Assembly (NCBI GenBank): GCA_023515725.1
Contig: JALDTO010000192.1
Span: 434,001 to 498,000, forward strand
Length of the DNA stretch: 64,000 nt
DNA from: Amoeboaphelidium protococcarum X5
Lineage: Eukaryota; Fungi; Aphelidiomycota
Reading direction: 5' to 3'
Below, in pieces: positions 25,476 to 35,501 of the stretch. The translations under genes were made by a program, and so were the position numbers. The notes beneath the pieces are model-generated. The model saw only the letters and a program-made list of their open reading frames with translations, searched no databases and had not been told where the DNA came from. Every line of letters starts with the position of its first letter. Position 1 is the first letter of the stretch.

Positions 25476-26429
25476 TCACGTCTCTTTGTACCAAAGTGTA
25501 TTTTTACAATATGGACATATGCTTTTCACAAAACACCATTCCCTTATACAAGAAGCATGAGCAGAATGTGCGATGCCACATTTCGGTATAGCCAAATCGC
25601 TCCCATCGAGTATAGCTTCTTAGCATATAGCACACTGAGATTCCTTGAAAGCCTACATTACTTCTGAATCGAGCTGACAATGCTTTACAATATCCATAGC
25701 AAACACCTCGTTTTATTTAATCAAACGCTGTTCTTAATCATTTATTTCATCAGAGCTCGGATTTGACACCACTTCACTATTTAAAGTATTCCATTTAGCA
25801 GGAATGCACACACCAAATTTATTCGATAATATTATTACCGACAGTATATACTCTTTAAAGTCATCTTGATCTCTCAATTAGACTTTAAAATTCAATACCA
25901 AATAGTTGGGATCCAATTTTTCAATGTATTTGCTGATTGACAAACGAGTATTGAAAACTAGCTTACGCTCTGACTGAATTAACTCTGTCGTTACTGATTT
26001 AATCTCCAACGGGCTATAGTCTATTCTATGTCGTGTCCTCTTCATTTCACGCAATTAATTAACGGGGTAGCCTCTAATTGCCCATTCTTCCAACAGGTTT
26101 TTACTGTATTCAATATCAATATCCACCTGAGGTACAATTAAGACTTAATCAAGGTATACGCGTTCCGTGTACACAGGCAGCTAATAGAGCCGCAATGCAA
26201 AATTGAATGTTATCTCTTACTCAACAGGCCAGCGCATACATTACTCGGTAAAAAACAAGGTAATACTCTTGGCTCGAGTTGCAGCAAGCACCTCTACAGC
26301 AGGAAGAAGACTTTCAACGCATTTAGACTTTCCGAAGCATTTCATCAGAGGATTGACAGCATGGACATTAGTTATCTCATTTGAGGTGATCAAAAAAATG
26401 AGTATCAACATTTTAAAATATCCCACCAT
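25476..26429 (-). CDS. Signal peptide + unknown globular domain + C-terminal RING-H2 (paralog A)
   Basis: Starts MVGYFKMLILIFLITSNEITNVHA (alternative start 26411). RING CAICQEAILDGSDLAIPKCGIAHSAHASCIREWCFVKSICPYC. TGA 25478-25476. Confidence 0.85.
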
Positions 26430-26633
26430 TATGGCAGCAGTAAGATTACGCATCTTTTGATTAACAATATATACTGTACCCTGGCAGTTCTTTTTAATCA
26501 AAAAGCGACCCCCATTGGTACCCCTGCAAAGAATGCTTGTTGACCAATTCAAAAAGTAGGAGGAAAGTACACGCCTTTTAAGTAAAAGGTCAAAAGTAAA
26601 CTTAAAAACTCTCTATAAATTACTTCTTATCAT

Positions 26634-27593
26634 TCATTCTTTAATCCAAATTGGTTTTCGACATGTGGGACACTCCTGCTTGATCTTGTACCATTGTTTC
26701 AGGCAATCGGGATGAGTGGCGTGACTGGTGTGACATCGCGGTATCATGACGCCTTCGCCATTCAAAAGAGCATTATGACAGATTATACAATCCTAATCAG
26801 GATCAATACCATTGGGAAGATTCATAATATCATCGTGTCTGACTTGAAAGGGCTGGGAATCTATTTTCTATTGTCTTGCAACGTCCTCCTGCTTTTAGCG
26901 ATGATGTTTAAACATGGCATTGTGTGTTAATCTACGTGCCCATTGAGCACACGGACACACAGCAAATCCAGGATCTCCAACAAGCACAGACAATCGCGCA
27001 TCGCTCCCGCCCAGGATATTAGCTGACTGAACTTAAGACTCTCCGGACCTAGTCTGGGCGGGTTTAAAGAATAACACCAAGTAATAGGATGTACTCTTGT
27101 TAGTATCCGGGAAAAGTTACAAACTTGATGTGAATTAAATCTCAAGCCTATTTTCTACAAAATTAGCATCAGATTATAATAAATCAACCTTTTTAACCAT
27201 TTCGTGAAATTGTGGAAATCTTTCAATTACTTAATTTTCAGTCAATCCTTTGTTCGACCATTATAAATAAAACCCCTTGTCCTTCTACTGATTGAAATCA
27301 CGTTGATCTATGAGGACAACCTCATCCAAAATCAGAGAAGGATCGACATTACCCAAGAGATATAGGCGCAATATAAAATCAAATTTCAATCTTTCACCAG
27401 CAGGCCATTTTAAACAAGGATCCTGAGTAAAATCTTAGTCTAAAATGAAGGTGTCAGTAGCATGTTTGATCTTGACAAGAGGCAATTCTCTTCCGCTATC
27501 TAAAAGAGCGTCCAGATAACGGAACAATGAGGGATAAGAGCATACACACGTAAGAAAGAGCACCAACACCATCAGCATTTCAATTTTTAGCAT
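26634..27593 (-). CDS. Signal peptide + unknown globular domain + C-terminal RING-H2 (paralog B, 319 aa)
   Basis: Starts MLKIEMLMVLVLFLTCVCSYP. RING CIICHNALLNGEGVMIPRCHTSHATHPDCLKQWYKIKQECPTC. TGA 26636-26634. Confidence 0.88.
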
Positions 27594-27895
27594 TCAATAT
27601 TGCGTCTGTATCTATATATCATATACTTTTCTAATGCCACGCGTCAGAAAATTAATAAAATAAGAGCAGCAGATGATCAGGAGACCGTTTTACGGAGAAA
27701 ATGTTCAGGTGGTTGATTACACACTCTTACTTAATGTTGCCTAATAGCGTAAAATCATTAAAATGAGCTGCGTTACGTTTATGACATTATCATATAGGAG
27801 ATCGTAAAATATAGAAAATGGCTATTTGTTTCTACAAAAGAGTAAACACATAACGCTGACTTTTAGTAAGCTATATGCCTCGCAACACAGGCGGA

Positions 27896-27923
27896 GTGTG
27901 TGTGTGCGTGTGCGTGCGCGTGC
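27896..27923. repeat. (GT/GC)n alternating purine-pyrimidine tract
   Basis: gtgtgtgtgtgcgtgtgcgtgcgcgtgc, about 100 nt upstream of the RNase MRP RNA gene. Confidence 0.7.
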
Positions 27924-28020
27924 TCGTGTTGCTGAGCCAACCTAAACGCGAATGAAAATATTTCAAAGTCGAATGAACCTGCATCGCGCTCTGTCGTCAA
28001 CTCCTCTTTTTCAACTCATC

Positions 28021-28401
28021 AGCAGTGACTTGAAAGACTATTTATAGAGCTTACATTACACGTCGCACATGGGTTGATTCGTCATGTCGTGCGTTGGCCG
28101 TACGCGTTAGAATTTAATGATTACCCAGGTTGCGGTTAGAATATTACTTTTTTAGCTACAGCCGCATCTACGCTCTAAGGAAAGTCCTCCGGTCATGTCA
28201 TTGAGATAGTCTAGAAATAGAATCTGTTAGACAGGTATCATTCGATGCGCGACCATAGGCCAAGATTGCCATAGCGCATAGCCGTTTAATAGGTTGAGAT
28301 CGAATGACACGGCTATAACACCGAGTATTGTAGTCAGCTGTGGAAGATCACTCCGGTGCTCTCCACTGCCTACAGAGGGAGGCTTATCTCAAGTCACTGC
28401 T
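28021..28401 (+). ncRNA. RMRP: RNase MRP RNA
   Basis: Perfect 13-bp P1 (agcagtgacttga 28021-33 / tcaagtcactgct 28389-401). CR-I GGAAAGTCCTCC (28179-90) pairs with CR-V ACAGAGGGAGGCTTA (28372-86) to form P4 with a bulged U. P2/CR-IV gactat/gtagtc. Downstream T6 tract. Confidence 0.85.
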
Positions 28402-28603
28402 CCTTTTTTCCCTTCTCTCTTTGACTTTTAACCAACTGTATATCAAATTCTAATATCAGGCATTGAATAGCTGGTATGTGAGATGTTAATCTTTAGCAGA
28501 CTAACATAGAATCATTCACTTCTTAGAAAATAACGCGCAATTCAACTGCATTTAGCACTAAGTATACTTTATTATAATTACTAAAAGTGTAGAACTGTCT
28601 AGA

Positions 28604-29122
28604 TCATATATCGTCAATGTTAAGCTGACCATCATCAGACTCTTCGTCACTGGATGGCAACATACGATTACCGTTGGATTGCATGGTGCTACCACCAACG
28701 CCCTGATCGACCGACTGCTAAAACACAACATCTTCACCTTCCATTCCACCAGGACCGCCCTCTTCAGCATCTTCATTAATAATCGCGCTCTCTGGCAATT
28801 CACCCTCCGCCTTCAACTATTTAGCCTCATCCGGATTGTACTTGTGAATCACATCAGCCTTGCCATCCTACCACTCTCTCAGCGATAGGAGCACAATATC
28901 ACCTGCATTAATCCACACCTTCTTCTACATCTTTCCTCTGATATGCGCCAATCTCTTCTGTCCATCGAAGCACATTGCCTCCAGGCGACCATTACCGAGC
29001 ATGCGGGACACTGATGCGTACACTTGATCCTCATCCTTGTAGATGAGTTCCCGCTTGAACACTGTCGCCTCGTTCTTACCTCTTCTCCTAGTCTTACCAC
29101 CCTTTCCTTTGTTCTTTGGCAT
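28604..29122 (-). CDS. EIF1A: Translation initiation factor eIF1A
   Basis: [37 protein letters not shown](Q)[16 protein letters not shown], acidic tail ending IDDI, TGA 28606-28604. Confidence 0.96.
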
Positions 29123-29432
29123 GCTATCTAATTATTATTTTCTGAAAAAATGCGCCAAGTACTATTGCAGCGGAATATATTATTGAAAGGAAACGAGAAA
29201 TTCGAAAAGCGCGAGAACGGAGAGAAAAATACCAGGACAGTGGATCACATCTTTTTCTCGAGGCGATTTTGAGTTGAGCCAAACTCTCTCGGCTCTCTGT
29301 CTTTCTTTGGGCTATTATTTACTCGTTTCTCTTTGGCTCTAAGCGCGTTTAACTACAAAATTAATACTTTCTCTGGGTAGCAAGAACCACTGTCTGTTTA
29401 AATCAAAATCAAAAATTAATTTTTTAGTAAGA

Positions 29433-32096
29433 ATGACATGGTGGTAGAATATTTTATTGAATAATTTGGATCAGTTTTATGAGTATGAGAAGGATCTGCT
29501 TTTAAGTGGTAAGAGCAGTCTGAAGCCATGGTTTAGACTAATTGATGGTGTTAGTGATCTACAGTATAAAGAGCTGCTGTATTAGAGAGCCATCAGTGCT
29601 CATCCATACAGCTACAAGTTATGGATACAGTACATTGACTTTATTACTAATGAGTGCCAATTGAAGCATATAGGATATGATAAACTTGTGGGCCTATATG
29701 AAGTGGCACTGGTGTCTGGAATGAACGCTTACCCAGAGGTGTGGCTGTAATATGCTTAATTGACGTGGTCTGAATTGAAATAGATTTCTCTGACGCGTTC
29801 CATTTATGATCGCGCCCTGTTGAATCTGCCAGTCACGTAGCATACACGCGTTTGGATTGCTTATAGATAGTTTGTGGTGGAGTCTGAGTGTATACCTCTT
29901 ATTGAGTATGTTTACCGTCGACTGATATCCATTAATTAGATGTTTATGCGGGATTTAATTAGAGATCTTGGGCAGATAATTAATAGACAGCCGGACAATT
30001 CAGAGGATGATGATAATGATGATTCTCATAGCTCTAAATTATCTCTATCTGTTAATTCTTGTGTAAAATGGATAAGAACGGCTCTCAATAGTCCATAATT
30101 TGTATAGACTATCAACAAGCGAAATAAAAATGCTTCTTAGGAGTTATGGATTTAGCTCAGTAATTTGATCATTAAATACGTTGAACATTTCAATACTGAT
30201 TTGGAAATTCCTAGCATTATTCAAGATTGTATGGAGCGAGTCAAATTGGATGGTTATACAGGATAGCTATATGCATCTCTTGCGTCGTATTATGTCCGCT
30301 AATCTAGTAATGCTATGTAAGTTACCAATGATGATGATGATGATAGTAGTAAAACGCAGTTAGATTGGTTTAATATCGCGCGCCAAGTGTACAGAGATGC
30401 TTTGGATAAAGTGAATTCAGCCACAGATTTTAGCATTGTGTATGAAGCATTTGTAGAGTTTGAGGAAGGTATTATTAGTGTAGTGGTGGAGCATGGTGTT
30501 GATCTTGGTGTTGAATTCAGCTTGGAGGATAACGTAAAGGCCTTGGAACAGCTGTTGGAAGATAGAGAATTGCTGTTGAATAATGTCAGACTGCGATAGA
30601 ATCCCAACAATGTTATCGAGTGGTAGAGAAGAATAAGGATATTGCTGGAGTAGTTTGATAATGCGTAAGACTAAGATAATTAGGATTAGCAAGATGATAA
30701 TGGCGCAGATCTTGGAGAGGTGATTGAGAATACTTTTAAAGAGTGTCTCAACACCATCGATCCGTATAAAGCATCTGGAAAGCTTCATGATCTATGGATT
30801 CAGTATGGAAACTTTGTGGAAACTCTGGCCACGTAGAGTACTGGTAATGATGAAGTCAGTTAAGATTTATCTAAATGCTGTCAAGTATTTGAGTAAGCGT
30901 TGAATGTACCGTATAGATTCCCAGATCAGTTGGCAGAAGTTTATATTCACTATGCCAATATGGAGCTGAAGCATGGTAACCATAATAAGGCTATATAAGT
31001 TCTGACTAGAGGTACTACACCGCCAGAGAAGATTCTCAATATGCCGGTGAACAAGGTTCGTTACACCAATGATTCCATTCCCGTCTAACATCGAATATTC
31101 AAATCACTCAAGCTATGGAATCATTACATGGACTTGGTAGAATTGTATTCCACTGTAGATGTTGTCAGAGCTGCTTATGACCAGATGATTGAATTGAAGG
31201 TTGTAGTGCCTCAGAATATTGTCAATTACGCCATATACTTGGAATCTAACGGCTACCATGAAGATAGTTTTCGCGTCTATGAGAAGGGGATTGATCTTTT
31301 CGGGTATCCGTACGCTTTTGAATTCTGGAATCTTTATTTGGATAAATTTGTGTAAAGATATCTATCCCAATAGAAGGAGATGAGAGATTTTGGTAAGTTG
31401 GAGCGTGCCAGAGATCTGTTTGAACGGGCGCTTGTCAATTGTCCGCAATAGTTTTTGAAGAAGATTTTGCTCTTTTATGCTCAGGTCGAGGAGCAGTACG
31501 GGTAGCCAAGACGTGCTCTTAAAGTATATGAAAGGGCAGTTGCTCTGATTTAGGATTTTGGTAGCAAGTAACAAGTTTACAAATTTTACATTATTAAAGC
31601 TGTGGAATTCTTTGGCTATACCAACGTTCGTCCAATTTATGATCAGGCTCTGCAAGATTTGCCTGATGAGTACGCCCGACCGCTGGCGATGGATTACATT
31701 GCCATGGAGGTTAAACTAGGGGAGTATGACCGCGTTCGTAGTCTGTACGAGTATACAAGTCAGATGTGTGATCCTCAAGTTCACCCCTAATTTTGGAAGG
31801 ATTGGGAGTAATTTGAGGTGGAGCACGGCGACGAAGACTCGTATAAAGATATGCTCAGAACTAAGCGTAATATTGTCAAACAGTTGTCTAGTGATGCTGT
31901 CGCTTTAAGTAAGCGGATATTGTAATAAAAACTGACTGAAGAAGTACAATTCGTGCCAAGTTCAAGTAGTAATGTTGCAGTTGGGCATAAGCGGGACGCT
32001 GATGAAGCAGACTTACCAACATCACCTCAAAATGAAGATTCCAAGAAGCGGATTGTCGCCAATGATGAGGAAATTGTAATCTCCGACATTGAATGA
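29433..32096 (+). CDS. SYF1: Pre-mRNA splicing factor SYF1/XAB2 (HAT repeats)
   Basis: 'YEKDLL..SLKPW', 'RELLLNNVRLRQNPNNVIEW', 'FKSLKLWNHYMDL', 'PQNIVNYA..EDSFRVYEKGIDLF', 'KLERARDLFE', 'HGDEDSYKDMLRTKR'. Confidence 0.94.
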
Positions 32097-32184
32097 TTAT
32101 AAATTTCGTTTACAATTAGTATTAAATATCAACCATTTCATAGTGTGTATTAGAGTTTATAAGCATTCAATATATATATAAAAA

Positions 32185-34209
32185 TCACTAAATCAAAGTT
32201 CCATGTGAGAGCTCTCTCTATAAACGATCTTCAGAGTCATCATCAGATTGATTTCCCGTCTTCTTCAGCAAGGCTTGATCATCCAACCAATCTTTGATAA
32301 TGTTCTTACCATTCTGTAGCAACTGCTTGTACTTTGGGACACTGGCACATACATCATACCGAGTCCCTTTATCATTCTTGTTATTCGCCTTCACATCATT
32401 GATCACAAACTTTTACTTGGCATCATAGACATCAGTGATCCAATTGTCACTATGCCAATCCTTAATATCAAGCGGATAAAACTTGCCAAAAATGTAATAA
32501 TGAACTCTGGAAACGAACGCCTGAGTCAATAGATTCCCATTGTGCAGAGTATCCCATGGACCTGCAACACCGAAGCCATCCAGCTTCTTCAAAGCGTCAG
32601 TGAACTTGGTGGACCATTCAGCAGACACCAATTCGAGATCATCATTCACTTGATAGTAATAATGAGCCCCATCATCGATTGCAGAGACAAACAGGCCATT
32701 CCAAATGTAAGTCACCCAACCTTTAGAATAAGGAAATCTGATAAAGTTGAACTTTATGCTCACATCTTCACCTACAATAAGAGACTTGTCCTTTGCGTAG
32801 TCCGCCACCATAGATTAGAGATGATCATCGATTTAGCCGCGGATGCCTTCATCATCAAAATATTTATCGCCTTCATCATATCCAATGTAGATCCAATACT
32901 CAAAGAGCTTCCATTCATCTACCGTTACAGATTCTAGAAAAGATGGCATAAATACTCTAATGGGCGCCACTTCCTTGAAATCAACCAGAGAAGATACACT
33001 AAGAGTAGGCATTCCAATTGCAATAGGTATTTTACCACTCTCTGTTGGCGGGAAAGCCTTTAATTGGTAGTCCTTAACAGTGTCAGACTATTACTCACTA
33101 GGAGATACTCCCTATTTCCTGAATGAAGATGAATATAGAATATCATCTCGCAGCAGCAAATAACAGAAATGCTTCTTTTCACCCTGAAATACAGTTAGAC
33201 CCAAATCTGATAATTTTTACGTTGTTTAGGCAATGATCAGTTTATTCTATGCAGATTTCAACTATGTATAAAATTATTCATCACAATGATATCCACGAAT
33301 ACATTGCAACTCCATCTGGACTAGAATACTTGAACTTTTATGACCAAATTTAGCACCAAATAGCGCAGCTTTCTATTTAACAACATCGTCAATCGGTGTG
33401 TCGGCGTACTGCTTGATGTAATAACCACTTGTTTATATAGTCTCTGCAACTGAATGTACAATGTCTCTAGTCAACTGCACATCAACTCCAATATACAATA
33501 CATTTCCATGAATTCTGGATTGTAAATCAAGTGCACTTATCACCAATTCTGGCAGTCTGTAGTTTATATCGGAATCCTTCAACTTCTATTACTATTACTA
33601 TGAACCACTCTTCATCATACCTCGATGTCCATTCAATAAAGAATTTTCCCCATCAAAATACTAAACATTACGCCACAAGCTGATTTCATTAATGTTCTTC
33701 TGTGGTAGGTTGAAAGCATAGACATTAATCAGATGAGTGTCCAAATTAGAACTCCTCAATTCATGCAACGAGCCCACCAACTCTCTCAACTTTACCATTT
33801 CATCAGCACCATTGACTATGGTGAACATTACCAAATTACCACCACCACCAGCATCACCATGTTAATGGTCAGTATCATGCTGAGGATCATCTGGCTGTTA
33901 TTGATCGTGACCTTGAAACAATTCCAACTTTGCCTGAGTCTGTTTCAAATTCTACTTGCAGTCAGCAATCTATAATTGACTATCCTTCAATTTCAATGTT
34001 AAGTCTTTAATCTTCCCACCATTAATATCTGTATAAGTTGAATTTTTCACACTCTATTTACCATCTTATTGAACCTCCTCATCTGGATACTGATACTTTT
34101 ACTACTATTATCGCCTCTAATACCCAAAATACATCAAATTAAACACCAGGAAGGCAGATACCAGGCCCACAATGATCATTGACATTTAAGATTTACGAAC
34201 CATTCTCAT
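32185..34209 (-). CDS. Type II membrane two-domain glycosyltransferase-like protein (DUF1647-like N-domain + GT-A/GT2-like C-domain)
   Basis: N-terminal signal anchor and coiled-coil stem. 'LRELVGSLHE..INVYAFNL'. C-domain 'IAIGMPT..IYIGYDEGD..YYYQVNDD..GVAGP..LLTQAFVSRVH..IFG..DWHSDNWITDVY'. Confidence 0.75.
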
Positions 34210-34798
34210 ACAAAAATAGATTTAAAATACTAAGATAGTCAGGTGAGATGAATAAGGAAATCAGTATCTGTAAAGGATGGTAACCAAACTGTATAGTGAG
34301 AAGAAAGAGTATTAACAAGTCCAGAGATGAAACAAAGCTTTGCTCGCTCGCTCAGATCAGTTCAGTTCAGGTAAACAACTCGCCGGCCGAATGTTTATGA
34401 GAGACGAGAACTGATCAAGATACAACATAATCGAAAAACGCTCCACTGTTCAATAAAGTATCAATTTGAGTTGTTGCATAGTGAAGTTTTGACTAAAGAT
34501 TATAGGCGGTAATGTGGAAAGAGTACGTGCAAGAGTCAAGAAATTGCCGCGACAAGCATAAATCTCACACCACAACGAGCGCTGAGGAATTTAGAAACGG
34601 TCAAATAACGATAAGACTTGAAAATCTCCTACCGCATAGCTAGCATTCAAAGTGAACAGCGACCCATCACCCCAGTAGCAATAATTTAAAACAAATAGAA
34701 AGCATGTTGGTATAAATTTTCACTTTATTATAGTAAATAGCAGTAGAATATGGCAAATGATACTAATCACGTCAATCTACCAGGTTAAGATAAGACAC

Positions 34799-35066
34799 TC
34801 AGCGAAGACGTCTAGCTTCACGCTCTGATTCCAAGAGAGTCAGAATATCGTTCTCACGCACAGGTCCAATAACATTTCTGATGATGGAGCGAGTGTTATC
34901 GTCCAAGAATTCAACGCGAACCTGAGTGACACCTACACAAATATAATTCAGAAACATCGCGTTATATATAAGTAATCAAATCTAATAGCGTGAATTTAAT
35001 CTTACCACCACGCGATCCAGTACGTCCAAGCACTTTGGTAACTCTTGCTAATTTTGGTTTGTCCAT
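34799..35066 (-). CDS. RPS28: 40S ribosomal protein S28 (eS28); intron 34933-35005
   Basis: [20 protein letters not shown]|[47 protein letters not shown]. Confidence 0.97.
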
Positions 35067-35501
35067 ATTTATTATTACTGTTTAATTATTCTTAGAATCT
35101 GTATTTAATACTACCAACTCTAGTCAATAGGAACAGACAATTTTAACCAATTTAGAGAAATGCACGAAAGAATGATTTTTGCAAGAGCTAAGGTCGGTTG
35201 GTGATCGGGCGAAAGATGAAAGGCAGCCCTTAATTCGTTTATTGTGACTGGCTGAATGAAAACACCGCGTAAACTTCCGACCTCGACACGAGAGCGAGAG
35301 AGAGAGAAAGATGTAAAGAATCGCGCGTTCGAAGAAACGAAAGCTGAGCTCCAGTAACTCCTCTTTTGTTGTTTTAGCGCTCTTAATCTTATCTTCTCTT
35401 AGGTTGTTGAGTAAACGTGCGTTTAAACCATCTCATAGTTTCTACTCTTTGACTTATAGAGGGCTTTATAATATCATCACGTTTTACTAATTTAGAGAAT
35501 A

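Noticed and set aside
28118-28620. Long code-6 open frame on the + strand
   Set aside because: It has no protein-like features and overlaps the RNase MRP RNA. Long open frames arise easily with a single stop codon.
34500-34640. Possible snRNA (terminal stem and Sm-like AATTTCTTG on the - strand)
   Set aside because: No U1/U2/U4/U5 signature could be matched. An Rfam search would be needed.
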